A DNA stretch of 64,000 nt, taken from positions 14,384,001 to 14,448,000 of the forward strand of contig NC_043015.1 of NCBI RefSeq assembly GCF_006345805.1, written 5' to 3'. This document shows, in pieces, positions 48,638-61,548 of the stretch. The notes below the pieces were generated by a model, which was not told the origin of the DNA, did no database searches, and worked only from the letters and a program-made list of their open reading frames with translations. How positions within the stretch are numbered: position 1 is the first letter of the stretch; each line of letters opens with the position of its first letter. The position numbers and the translations under genes were made by a program. This stretch comes from Octopus sinensis. Taxonomy: Eukaryota.

Positions 48638-51589
48638 AACTACATTTACATACATTCAAATACATGTACACCACACACAAAATTTAGATTAAATTTCCTT
48701 TTTAGTGACGGGGAAACTAGAATATATGTTTGCATATTTCTAAATAGCATTTTATGCAGATACATAAAGTGAAAGTGAGGGCAATTTTTTTAAAATTCAT
48801 TTTTACATTTCATTTGTGTATCTGCGCAAAAGTTTGTTTTGAGAAGACATAACTATACACATGCATGTCTACATACAAAAAGGAAATTACATAGATACAC
48901 AGATCTCATCACATTCTAAGGAACTAAAATTTTTCAAAAACAGTGACCTTGTGACATTGAATTTAAAAAAAAAAACCTGAAGGCTTATCACAAGCCTGTT
49001 ATATATTTTCTAATCTTTGAAATTTAAGATTTCAGTGTATTTAGTGCTTAACTATAATAAGTGACAAAACGATGCTAAATTCTTTTATAAAAACCTTCAA
49101 CTTTTTCAAATTATCAGCTGTTCTAGACTGGTTAAATGTCTATATGCACTAAAACTTTTAAAAATTATATTTGTGTACCAATAGTTCAGTGTATTGTAAA
49201 GCATTTATTAATTGAAAATTCTTTGAGTCTTCAGGTGACCATAAAATTCTTTTCCAAAATCTTTACTTTTGTGCTACTTAACTATATGACTTCTGGTGTA
49301 TTGAACTAACAATTTTCTTTCTGAATTCCATTAACTGTATATTTAGTACAAACTGCTGCAATGATCTTCACTAACTTACCTAACTATACAAGTTCATTGC
49401 AATGAAAGTAAGCAGGGTTGATAATTGGGTTATTGAATTAGCTGTTAAGGCAGTTAATATCTTAATTTATATCTTTTTATATTTTTTATACCAGCTACAA
49501 TACTGATTTCAGAAGCATTTCAGTTATGACCACTTTATTCTGAATTAAATAAAGAAAATGCTGAGTATAGCTATTTCTATTTCACTAAAGAAATATATTT
49601 TTATAATGAGTCTGTTTATTCTTTTTACCATTTCATCATTAGTTCAAATACTTTTTATTTGTAATTTTAGTGAAAAATATTTTAAAATAGGATCAAATCA
49701 AAGATATATTTTAGATATTGAATTAGCCTAAAATGTTTTTGAATAATTCCTTGAATTAAGTATCGAGTCTTTTGGCTGCTATTATTGTCCCTGTAATGTT
49801 AGTATGTTGAAGTCTGGAGAAATTGTAGAGACATTAGAATTAAGGCTGGTAGATGCAGTCTTTATACAAGAGGTGAATTATAAATTACCTTAATAGTTAA
49901 ACGTACCTATGCTTGCAACACGAAACACTCTGTCATCGCAGACGACGTGTGCAAGTTGTCTCCCTTCACTAGGAAGGGAAATAATTCTTGTTGGCTAACA
50001 GCTCTTGTTTATGGAGTAACTGTTTATGGAGCAGAGAAATAGAGTAACTGAGGTCGTCCTAATATATGACAAAATAGGTGAAATTTGCAAATTACAGATT
50101 TAATTTAGGAGGAAACCTTGTTATATCTAACACTGAGAAGCAATTTGGTGTAAGTGGCAGTGTTTAATCAAGGAAATTATAAGTGTGCAACAGAAGACAT
50201 TGCATTTACAAAAGCTTTGAATATTATTGAACTAATAAAATCATATTCTTCACAAAAAACTTTATGAAGTCCTAGGAATTGGAAGCAATTCATGTAGTTC
50301 CAGGTTGTAAACATCAAGACAGTCATAGACTCCTATATTTTAATTAAAATATGGATGCTTTCACCACCATTATCATCAATGCTTTAACCTTTTTTGTTAC
50401 CAACCTGCCTGAAACAACCTCTAGTTCTAGGACTCAAATATCCTGTTTCAAAGTGATCTAAATTAAAATCTTCCATCAAAATTTCATGCTAATTTAACTT
50501 CCAAGCACCAGCTTAATAATGACAAACTTATTTTACTAAATTCTTAATTATTTTAAAAATTAATTGAAACAAAGCCAGAGTATACAGTGATGAAATGGTT
50601 GATATTGGTTGGACATATCTGGCCACTCAATCTCAATTTTTTGACACCTCAATTTTAAATATTCAGTGATAAAACTTCATCTCTATTAATTATATTTTCT
50701 CAGTATTCTTATTCCACAAGTACTCTACACTTGGTACATGGCTCTTTTTCACCCAACACTCATTTCCACATTTGTAGAAGATGTGGAAGGGCCTGGTGGG
50801 TATATCTATTCTCCATCACTCTTGACCACCTATGTCTAACTGTTATTACTCTATTAAGGTTAAGTTCCCTTGGTAATTAAATACCCATTTCTGCTTTACA
50901 TCATGGAGACATCCTCATTCTCAGACAGCCAAGTATCACTAAATTCTATTTTTCTACCTACTTGATGGAGACAACTTGTATGCCAGCCACCTCTGATCAC
51001 CATTATAGCTCCCTTCATAACTAAGAACCTCTCTAAATCATGGAAACTTTTGTTCACAGAGGCTTTAAACTGCCAGCGTGAGCTCCCACAATCGCAAAAC
51101 CCTTTGTTCTTATATCATAGAGAAGTGATTGATGTTTCTCAGCTACATTGCTCATTATCTTGTAAGTTAGGTTTTCCAAATGAATTGTTTAGTAGATGTA
51201 AAGGATTCTGGGTGCTTTTTATATAGTACCAACCCTAGCAAGTTCACCAAGTAACATGCAAGACAAAAATCTCTTGAGAAGGTGAGGATATTGGAGGCGG
51301 TGGCTTCATGCTAGCTTATAAGAGGTTAGGATATGACAGAGGGAAAGAAACAGGTGTTTTTTCATAGAGAAGAAACCTGGTTACTCCCAGTCAGAAGCAA
51401 GGAGAGCGAAAGCAACAATAAGAGAGATGATGATGTGCTAGGGCATATTCTCACGGTACAGGGATGTGGATATAAATGGAATGGTTGAAGATTGCCCAGG
51501 ATGTGTGAGTAAGGAGTTCATAAAAGTGCAAAACAAGGGAAATGCAGTGAGTGGTGAGAAGGGCAGGCAACAGGATAGCAATGATACAA

Positions 51590-52900
51590 TTGGCAGACAT
51601 CTCGGTCCATTGTCATCTCCAGGAGGCTCAACATCTTGAGATCAGCCCTCATTACTTAATTCCATGTTTCCTCTTTCAGGTGCCATCCACTTTAAGTGAT
51701 CAGTACTTCTTTTTACAGCTGTCTTCATTCATATGCATTGTGTGTCCAAGCCAATGCAATCTTTTCTCATGGCCAACTTTCCTCCCAGTATATTTGCACT
51801 TTGTTGTACATACACACTGATGTTGCATATTCCTATCAGAGTGTACTAGCTTAATTCTTCTCTGATCTACGCATGTCATCTGCATTCAGGGCCCACATCT
51901 TACTATCATGGAGCATAGCCATTGGTACACAAACGTCATACAATCTTCCTTTGTCTCTGAGAGAGAGGTCTTTTGTTGTCTCTCTCTTTGGCAATAGCTC
52001 TCTAAACTTCCTTCATCCTATTTTTATTCTAGTAACAATACTTTCGTTTCATCTACCGCTACTAATTTAGTCACCAAGGTAACAGAAACTACAACCTCTT
52101 GAGCATTTGAGCAAATCTAATTCCTATGTGACTTTAATGCTTATTGTTCCTGCCCATCTCCCACATATGAGGACAACTTTTTCTATTAATCTACCTATGA
52201 TTCTACTGCACTTCATATGTGTCCATAGCTTGCACCAAGTACAATGAATGGAATTTTTTCCACGCCTTTATATATTGAGCAGGGCCATTTAAAAGATAGA
52301 TTGTCTTATTCACTTACTAATAACAACTTTGGTCTTCTCTAGATTAACTCTAAGCCCATTGTATTCCAGATCTTGCTTCCTTACCTGGAATTTTTTCTCC
52401 AATTCCACTACAGATTCCAATATGAGGAAAGTCATCAGTGTATAGGAGTTCTCATGGGCAGCCAGTTTTGAATTCCTCCTGGAGGATTATGATGAATAAG
52501 AGGTGACTAAGAACCGAGCCCTGGTGAACCCTTACTTTTACAGTAGATTTGTCACTGTGCTAGTGGTTGACTCACCCTCTACTAACAGCATTGCTATATA
52601 TTGCTTGTATGACTCTAGCAAACCACTCATCTACTCCTAATTACCTTAGAGACTACCAGATAACAGAGTGAGGGACTATCAAAAGCTTTCTCCAGGTTGA
52701 CAAAAGCCAAGTACAATGGTTTACTTTTTGCCAGACTCTTCTGCAGCTGTCTCAGTAGGAAGATGGCATTTATGGTACTCTCTGGGCACAAAACCAAACT
52801 GCATCTCATCTAGTTTAATTCTATTCCTAATCAATTGGGCCATAGTTCTCTCTCTAACTTTCATGACCTAGTCTTGCAGTTTGATATCTCTGTAATTGTT
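51590..52900 (-). mobile_element. Decayed RTE LINE (RT to 3' end)
   Basis: Minus ORF INAIFLLRQLQ...LYLAFVNLEKAFD, followed by degenerate PHD-like insert and KRLHWLGH segments. Confidence 0.75.
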
Positions 52901-54356
52901 TCTAAGCATCACCTCTACCCTTGTAACACAGTCTTTGGAGATGACCCCTTCCTGGATAACCTAATTAACTATACAGATGACTTGGCCATATCCTACTCCA
53001 CCAGATATTTTAAATATCTCAGTAGTGATTCTTGATGGTCCAAGGGCTTTCCCTACTTTATATCCTTAATTGCCCTACCATACTGCCTTCAACTCTGATG
53101 TTCAGTCTCCTCTTATACATCCCTATTTATCAACCTTTCATAGTGGCACTTCCCTGCATCTTTCTTCTGAATCACTAAATGCAAGCATACCATTATCTGT
53201 TCTCACACATTTCTTACCTACAAAATTTCTATTTTCAATGATACACTACTTTGCAACCCAGAATGCCTCATGCCTCTGATCCTCACACTGTAAAACATTG
53301 GAAAATCTCTTGCTTTCTGCTTTTCCTTTCATTATGTAAACCTGTTGCCTAGCTTCCCTTCTGGCTACCTGATATAATTCTCTGCAGATGTAAAACTAAT
53401 TTTGTTTACATGAATAGGATAAATATTTTAATACAGTACAAAATGTTTAGAAGATAATGTGCAAGCAGAAAGAATAAGTGAAATACAGCAAAACGAGGGC
53501 AGTATAATAACACATCAAACTCAGAATCAATATAAATGGTAAAAACATGTAGTTGAAAATTTAGATCCTATAAAGCATTAACTTTCTTATAAAGTATCAG
53601 AGATGAATGGAGTTGTCAGAAAGTTAGCTAGGTATATGGCATGGTAACAAAACAATGTATACAAAGTTTTTTTTTTATTGTGCATGTGTATGGATATATA
53701 TAAGAGTGTGTGTGTCTATATTTTAGGCCTTGGTTGGATATAAAGGTGGGATATTTCCAGAGAAGCATTCAATCAGAGTTCCAGGTCATCAATACTGTCA
53801 GATTCCAGATTAATACTGAAATTCTTCAGGTGTAGAAAATCCTGGTAAAACTGTTGTGTGGGTGTAGTGAAGAGTAAAATATAATATATATATATGTGTG
53901 TGTGTGTGTAGGCTGGTGGCTTTGTGGTCAGAGTACTGGACTCATAATTGTAAGTTCGTGGCTTTGGTTCCTGGATTGGGTAATGTGTTGTGTTCTTGAG
54001 TAAAGCACTTCACTTCACATTGTTCCAGTTCACTCAGCTGACAAAAATTAGTAATCCTGCAACAGATCAGTGTCCCATCCAGAGGAGGAATATACATGTC
54101 ACAGAATTTGGAAGTCAGCCTTATGAGGATCCTTGTCTTTTGATATTATATATTGATTATTGAATGACAAAGGAACAGGAACTATCTCATCAGCCACATT
54201 AGGTTACAGCTGTTTCTGCTATCACAAGTAGTGCACTCAGAGCTGAGTGCTTACACAGTATCTTATATCTTCCTCAGAGCTATTAAAAAGAAGTATATGT
54301 TTTATTTGGAAATCCTTTTAGTACATAGAAATGATTGTCTTCAGAATAATATATAT

Positions 54357-55304
54357 AATTATATTCTTATCTGTGTAAAGCCATCACATAAGAAGTAGAA
54401 AATAGCATTTTCTCAACAATTTGATTCTTTGAACTTTGACATACATTACATATTAGTCTGTCTTCAATGGTCATACGTATCCTCAGTTATCTAATTCATT
54501 TATGTTTTTATGCTGATATGCTCATGTTTAAATGTGTATTAATATATTTATATGTATTTCTGAATACTCTTTTCTCTTTTACTTGTTTCAGTCATTTGAC
54601 TGCAGCCATGCTGGAGCACCACCTTTGGTCGAGCAAATCGACCCTGGGACTTATTCTTTGTAAGCCCAGTACTTATTCTATCGATCTCTTTTGCCGAACC
54701 GCTAAGTGACGGGGACGTAAACACACCAGCATCGGTTGTCAAGCAATACTAGAGGGACAAACACAGACAAACATATACACACACACATATATATATATAT
54801 ACCTATATACGACAGGCTTCTTTCAGTTTCTGTCTACCAAATCCACTCACAAGGCTTTGGTCGGCCCGAGGCTATAGCAGAAGACACTTGCCCAAGATGC
54901 CGCGCAGTGGGACTGAACCCGGAACCATGTGGTTTGTAAGCAAGCTACTTACCACACAGCCACTCCTGCGCCTGTATATGTATATATATGTATATGCATT
55001 TCAATAATACAGTAAAACTTCAAGTTGAGAAGCCAGATTTAGATAAAAAATATATATTCACATAGGCATATAATGAACATACATATACAGAAGTACATAT
55101 AAATATATTAATACACATTTAAACATGAGCATAGCTCAAAAAAGCATCCGAATTAGATAACTGAAGGTACAGATGACCATAAAAATCCTGACTAAATATA
55201 ACTCTATTGAGACAGATAGACTAATAAGTCAAAGTATCAAATTGTTGAGAAAATGCTATTTTCTACTTCTGATGTGGTGGCTTTATGCAGATGAGGAGAT
55301 AATT
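54357..55304. repeat. Diverged inverted repeat (~205-bp arms at 54357-54561 and 55088-55304) enclosing an OR-like SINE (54566-54972, minus)
   Basis: agaagtagaaaatagcattttctcaacaatttga and gctcatgtttaaatgtgtattaatata are present in both orientations. Confidence 0.8.
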
Positions 55305-55503
55305 TATTGGTCACCAGACAACTTGTACTATGAGACAAATTATTGAGATGTTTCTGTGTAAGTGATAAAACTGCTGACCAGCTCCCTCTCCTCACTCTAT
55401 CACATCTATTACGGTTGAAAAAAGACAAGCAAAAACATTATTTAGCCTGAATGTCTTTGCTTGTCAATAAGTATGTGTGTGTGTGTATATATATGTGAGT
55501 ATT

Positions 55504-55536
<33 letters not shown>

Positions 55537-55632
55537 TTATAAACTGGGGATATAATCAGTAAAATGATTATATCAGTGGCCAGCATATAAAAAACCACCA
55601 TATCAGTAAAATTAATTAAGTATATATCTATA

Positions 55633-55875
55633 AAAATATATTTGTAATTAAGGGTGCTGGAATGCCAATGCCTAAATGCTAGATGTATATGTCAAATGTC
55701 TACAATCTACTCTAAATTTGTTCTCTATTTAAGGCCGAATGTGAGGTAGTGAGCAACAAGATTTACAAAATTTTGTAAATAGAGAACAAATTTTGAGTGG
55801 ATTGTTGACATTTGATATCTACGTCTAGTATATCAGCATTGGCATTCCAGCACTCTTAATTACAATTATATATTT
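55633..55875. repeat. ~240-bp hairpin/MITE-like inverted repeat
   Basis: aattaagggtgctggaatgccaatgc...tttgttctctattta vs taaatagagaacaaa...gcattggcattccagcactcttaatt. Confidence 0.85.
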
Positions 55876-57599
55876 AAAAATTAATATATATATATATATA
55901 TATATTCAGAATTTGTGTAAATGTGTATAGAATAAGATATCAGTTGAATATAGTTAAAACATGGTCTGCTTTCCATGTTTTTTTATTAAGGTATTTAATA
56001 AAAAATGTGAAAACCAGACCATGTTTTAACTTTATTCAACTGATATATATATTAGTAATAATTATAAAGAGTATGGAGACTTGTCCATCCTCAAAATATA
56101 TTTTCTCTTATTTTACGATTTTATACAGCATATTATTATGACTTACTTGTGTTTCCACTGCACAAACTACTGGCAGTTGCAGATGCAACCTGACACTATT
56201 ATTGGTGCAGCTTCTACAGGGTTTATCTATCTGATCAGTCTCAAAGCGAACTGAGTGGAGTTAGTTTTTTTGTTAGTTAATGTTTGGAGGGGGTATTTTT
56301 GGAACTGAAAACTGATCCATTTGCTGGCTTGTGTGGTTGACCTCAAATTCACACCAGTCACTGTCCGATGTCAGGGTTCTGTCTATTTAGGTCAAGGTTG
56401 AGATAATAGTGCAGTTACCAGTTGTTTGTGCAGTTAGAAACGTGTAGATCATAATAACATGATGTAAGAAATTGTAAAATAAGAGAAAATCTATTTTGAG
56501 GATGAACAAGTCTCCATACTCTTATAAAGAGTACGGAGACTCTATATATAACTGTATGTATTAATGCTAATATATATTCCTGACAATATTACCATCCAGC
56601 AAAACGAACACAGAATTACCCATTAGAAGAATTCACAGAGCGGCTGATAACTAATGGTAGTCACAGACGTTAAATACTGATCGATGTGGTTAGCCGTAAA
56701 CTGGAACTTAACCGAGAGCCACCACAGTATCTGCCTGGATACTATAACCCTCCAAACTCATATGTTGTGTATGCATAAGGTTTGCAAATCTGGCCTCAAG
56801 AAACATTTTAAGATCCACAAAGATCCAAAGCTACATAAGTAGCATTTTGCTCATAGGCTTAGCTAGATGATGTTGGTTAGTAGTCACATCTCAAATACAT
56901 TGATGTTACTTGAATCATGTTGTATCACCTAATGAAGCATTTCTGCAATGTGGGGTACATTGGAATTCATTATATCATTCTTCACCCACTAGAGAGCAGT
57001 GTAGAATTAAGCTGAAACGATCATTCTGATAAATAAAGTTTCCAGCGTACTCTGTACTCCGTATCAATTATTTAGAATTTACTCAATGTGTGCCGAGGGA
57101 TTCCTAACATAGATCCAGTGACGAATGTGAATTTACTGTGGACAGCAGTTGAAATATCATAATGGCTGGTAAAAGAAGCACCCTTAAAGTGAAACAACGG
57201 TATCAAAGGTAAAAAAAAAAGGTATCAACAATCAGAAGAGAGGGAAGGGAACATCACCTTTCAAATAACTCAGAATAGGTAAAGGAAAGCTTTCCAAAGT
57301 TTAATGCAAGAGTAAGATAGTTTGATATTGGATATTCATCACGTATAGTTTTCCTAGTCAACTGAATCACCATCGTAAGTGGACAGCAGAAATAAATAGA
57401 CGAAATCCTTTCACTTTTATAAAAAGATTAAAAAGAAAATGAGGGCAAAAAGCACTCGTTTTTTCACAATGAAAAATCGTTTCCTATTAGCCGGAATTTC
57501 GTGACAAAATGTATGATTATTAAGCACAACAGCCTGCAGTGCATGCCACTGGGCATTAAAAACCAATCACACAAACCTAGAGGGGCTCTGAGCCCCCTT

Positions 57600-57805
57600 G
57601 AATCGATAAAAAATCACTCTTTTTGCCATAGCAACCACATCTTTATAGCTTGTGCATTTTAACCATCGCGGGTCGCATCCTCACCACGCATTTAGTATCC
57701 CTGCCAATTTTCAGCTCGATCCTAGCCTTGGTTTGGCTGCCATTAACCGTCAAAGCAAAATGCGCATACAATTTTCATCCAAGGACTGTATTATAGAAAT
57801 AGATA
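57600..57805 (+). mobile_element. 3' end of a Lep1/DINE-like non-autonomous Helitron-type element
   Basis: ccctgccaattttcagctcgatc...ggtttggc...attatagaaatagat parallels the 3' end of 60044-60885. Confidence 0.45.
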
Positions 57806-57869
57806 ATCTTTATTTTAGAGTACTGTTACTGAATGTTTCTTGTTCAGAGATTTAGAAATAATAATGTTT

Positions 57870-57912
<43 letters not shown>

Positions 57913-57914
<2 letters not shown>

Positions 57915-59054
57915 CAGGGTGTTGATTAACTGTCAAAATATTGGCTCACTATGCCAAATTGATTTTAGCCTTTTACAAGTGTAAAAGATTTCTTTTGGAG
58001 TTGTGATGGTGTAATCAGTACAGCAACGTTCATTCATTGTGGAATCTTATTTTAAATCAGGATGATTTATCAATGGGCAATGGATTTACTCCTTTGACAA
58101 TTGCATTGCCGATTTTAAGAGTGAATATCCAAATGTGCCTCCGCCAACAAAGCAGGCAATTAATGTTCTGATTAAAAAGTTTAGGAAGACAGGCTCAGTT
58201 GAAATCAAGAAACAAATTCGCCAATATACCTGCCTTTCTGATGATGTTGTGGAAGCTATCCGTCAACGAATTCTTCATAGTCCCAGGAAATCTGTGAGAT
58301 GTTTGTCTCATGAAACTGTATTATCTGTTGGCAGCTGCCATACTGCTCTTCGCAAATCGCTGAAATTGTACCCATACTGTGTGTCTTCTTTACATGAACT
58401 TATTCCTTTTGATTTTACCAAAAGATTGAATTACTGCAAATGGTTTCAAGAAAACATGGATGACAGCCAACTTGACATGACCTTCAGTGACAAAGCTTGG
58501 ATTCACTTATCGGGGTACCTATATTCACAAAACATTTGCATCAAGAGTACTCTCAATCCTCATGAATTTGTCGTATCACCCTTACATGCAGTGAAGATTG
58601 GTGTATGGATGGCTATCAGCAGGCGTAGAATAGTAGGACTGATTTTTTCCCATGAAACTTTGAATTCGGAACATTATTGTGAGATAATTGATCAGTTTGT
58701 TGAGCAGCTAACTGAGAATCAAAAAAGTAATGTATGGCTTCAACAGGACTCAGCAACATGTCATGTTAGCAACCACACTCTGTTTCACTTACAGCAAACT
58801 TTTGAACACAGGTTCATTATAAAAGTCCTCTGGCCACCCAGATTGCCAGACTCAGCACCTCTCAATTCTTTTTATTCGGTTATATCAAGGATGTTGTGTT
58901 TGCAAAGACTCCGCATACACTTAATAAAACTGTGTATGGATATCTGTATCTATAAAAAGCATGATGTGTGTGTGTGGTTGTAATTTATGCACGTCCACAA
59001 ATTAGCACGCATGTCGCTCCAATTTTAGGAGGACATTCGTCAACATCCTATTTG
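57913..59054 (+). mobile_element. Tc1/mariner-superfamily transposon with 282-aa decayed transposase ORF (58135-58983)
   Basis: TA-flanked tacagggtg terminus; FSDKAWIHLSG, KIGVWMAIS, WLQQDSATCH, WPPRLPDSAPLNSF. The third catalytic D reads N and the frame is lost afterwards. Confidence 0.88.
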
Positions 59055-60043
59055 GGTTTTGTCAACTTACTTTTTTCCCGAGGCACCCATGGATAGCGGT
59101 AAAAATCTATTTTCAACCATATTTTGAAAATTGATAACATGAGTTAAGTCCCTTCTAGCCATAGCCAAGCAAAAGTGTGTGTGTGAGGGAGAGAGAGAAG
59201 TTGTGCATTGATGTATGTGTGTGTGTGTGAGGGAGAGAGAGTGTTTCGCAACGTCTAACAAAAATAGTAAAGAAAAAGTATGTGTAAGGAAGAGTGGGAG
59301 ATAGTTTGACATGTGTCTAACAAAAAAAACAAGATAAAGAAAAGTGGGAGAGAGGCAGAGTTTCACAGCATCTAAAACAAAGGGAAAGACAAAGTGAGAG
59401 AGAGGGAGAAAGAGAGAGTAAGTGATGACATTCATAAAAAATAAAATGTAAAATGTTTTGTTTTTTCTTAAACATGAGATATAGTGTTCAAATTTAGGAT
59501 GTTTTTGAAAGACACTATATTTTATAATCATAGTATATATACTTTCTCACACAACAATTACAATATATTTATTTTAAATCATTTATTTATTTTAAATCGT
59601 TCATCTTTCTCCCCTTCTCTCTCTCACACACATTACTTTGGGTACGAAAGAGTTTTTTTTTTTTTTACGTCGAGTAAAAAAGTGTTTTGTTGAGAATCCA
59701 TTTATTTAACAACAAAGAAACAAATAGGTAGGTAACAGTTTGTCAGTGAATTACACAATATAAGTGGGTACGATTTGTGAGGAGGCATTCACCACACCCC
59801 ACTCTGTTTCACGGACCACAAAAAGGGTTTTGTAGCATATTAGGATGCCAGAGTAATTGCTACCATGCAAAAATCCCGATTTTTTTTCTTAGTGAAAATC
59901 ATGCGAGTGTTAATCTACAAATTTAACAACATTTTCCCCATTCATTTCTGTTTATGAACATGTATGCATGCACAAAACATGCAATAGGTGTACGTACGTG
60001 TGTGTATGTGTGTTCATATGTGTTGCCCATATATATTTATATT

Positions 60044-60885
60044 ACTAGCAGCATAGCCCGGCGTTGCCCGGGTATGTAAGAGCCCCTAGTAGGCAACGAC
60101 TAATCCCAATCTAGTCCTTTCCCCCTAGGGAACGAAGGCGCATGTGTAGGTTGCAATGTCTTCTCTTCACTCGAATACTTCTGTGTATACGATGTCCCTA
60201 GCTGTCCCTTTGGGCGAAAACATGAAAACATCATTTCGCCTCCCAAGAGAGTTAAAAGGGTCGAGTTGCGTCCCCTAGACAGTCTGTGGTTTGTGTTTAA
60301 TACACAAATTGGTTTGCTATGTGTGCCACATATGATTTAATTAACCAATTTTTTTCCAGTAATAAAGTATCCTATTGGAATAAAAAGGGCCATATAGCTC
60401 CTTGGAGCAGACATAATGCTCGCTGTGAATTTTAAAAATAATTCCTGCCAATTTGTGAAAGATATTGTCGAGAATATGTCATCTTGAATTTGAATGCAAT
60501 TTCCCAAAATGGCATGATTTTATCGATTTTTTCTGATGGTAAGGTATTGCATGGAAAACTAACGTCAGAATTAAGTTTCTTAGGGTAACATTAAGCTTCA
60601 CCATGAGTTTGGTGAAAATCGATTGCAAGTTGCGAAAACTACAACAGAAAATGTGTTGCATATAAGAAGCTTAGATTCTCGACCCCATGTCGAATTTATC
60701 AATTTTTTTCAGAACTGGGGGAACTTTTCAAAATTTTCGCTGCGTTAGTTTTGAATTATGACATTGGGCTGTGTGTGTGTCAAGTTTCATCAGAATCGGT
60801 TGAAAGCCGTGGTCAGGGTGAGGGTACAACCTGACAGACACACAGACACACAGACAGACAAACTGCCGTTTATATAGAGAGAGAT
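60044..60885 (+). mobile_element. Complete-looking Lep1/DINE-1-like non-autonomous Helitron (~840 bp)
   Basis: 5' actag...gcccggcgttgcccggg; 3' caagtttcatcagaatcggttgaa...(gaca)n...tttatatagagagagat. Confidence 0.7.
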
Positions 60886-60899
60886 ATTATATTACATAT

Positions 60900-61044
60900 A
60901 TATATAATATATATAATATAACCAATTTCAATGGATTTCGCCTAAATTTGACGTCGATATTACTTAGTTTGGTTTGACATAAAGAACTTGATTAGCTTAA
61001 TAATTGTAACTTAATCCTGGGCAAGGCCGGGTTATACTGCTAGT
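60900..61044 (-). mobile_element. Second, inverted 5' end of the same Helitron-like superfamily
   Basis: Reverse complement starts actagcagtataacccggccttgcccagg. Confidence 0.6.
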
Positions 61045-61083
61045 TACTGATATTGTCAAAAATATCCCACATGAAGTTTTGAT

Positions 61084-61548
61084 TACTGTGTTCCAGAACA
61101 AACATTGTCATATTGACTCATGTCTACAATGTGGCGGCTAACAATTTTGTGACCGGTTTGATGTAAATTTTGAATGAGCATCTTAATAAAAGTAGGTGTG
61201 TCTATAATATTGCTCATTCTTTATAACTATCAATAAATACAACTGGGTCAACTTTTATATTGAATACTCTGTATATGTATGTATGTATATATATAACTTT
61301 TATATTGAATACTCTGTATATGTATGTATATATATATATATATATACATACATACATATACAGAGTATTCAATATAAAAGTTGACCCAGTTGTATTTATT
61401 GATAGTTATAAAGAATGAGCAATATTATAGACACACCTACTTTTATTAAGATGCTCATTCAAAATTTACATCAAACCGGTCACAAAATTGTTAGCCGCCA
61501 CATTGTAGACATGAGTCAACATGACAATGTTTGTTCTGGAACACAGTA
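61084..61548. repeat. Near-perfect palindrome centred on a (TA)n tract; arms look like a Tc1/mariner terminus
   Basis: ~205-bp arms with one visible mismatch (catattgactc vs catgttgactc) plus an extra 45-nt tandem copy on the left. Confidence 0.92.

Noticed and set aside
55237-55428. 63-aa minus ORF that looked like an exon of a third gene
   Set aside because: It overlaps one arm of an inverted repeat, with no recognisable homology or partner exons.
56147-56260. Strong minus-strand donor (gtaagt at 56146) with a short open frame
   Set aside because: All frames close within ~110 nt, it lies inside an inverted-repeat element, and no other exons were found.
56560-57600. 1-kb non-microsatellite stretch that might be coding
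   Set aside because: The minus-strand frames I translated (~56700-57180) have frequent stops, the ORF track lists nothing here, and I recognised no motif. It is probably old TE interior and is left unannotated.
57622-57635. X-box-like TTTGCCATAGCAAC
   Set aside because: It lies inside a repeat element, mismatches the first base, and has no nearby gene start.
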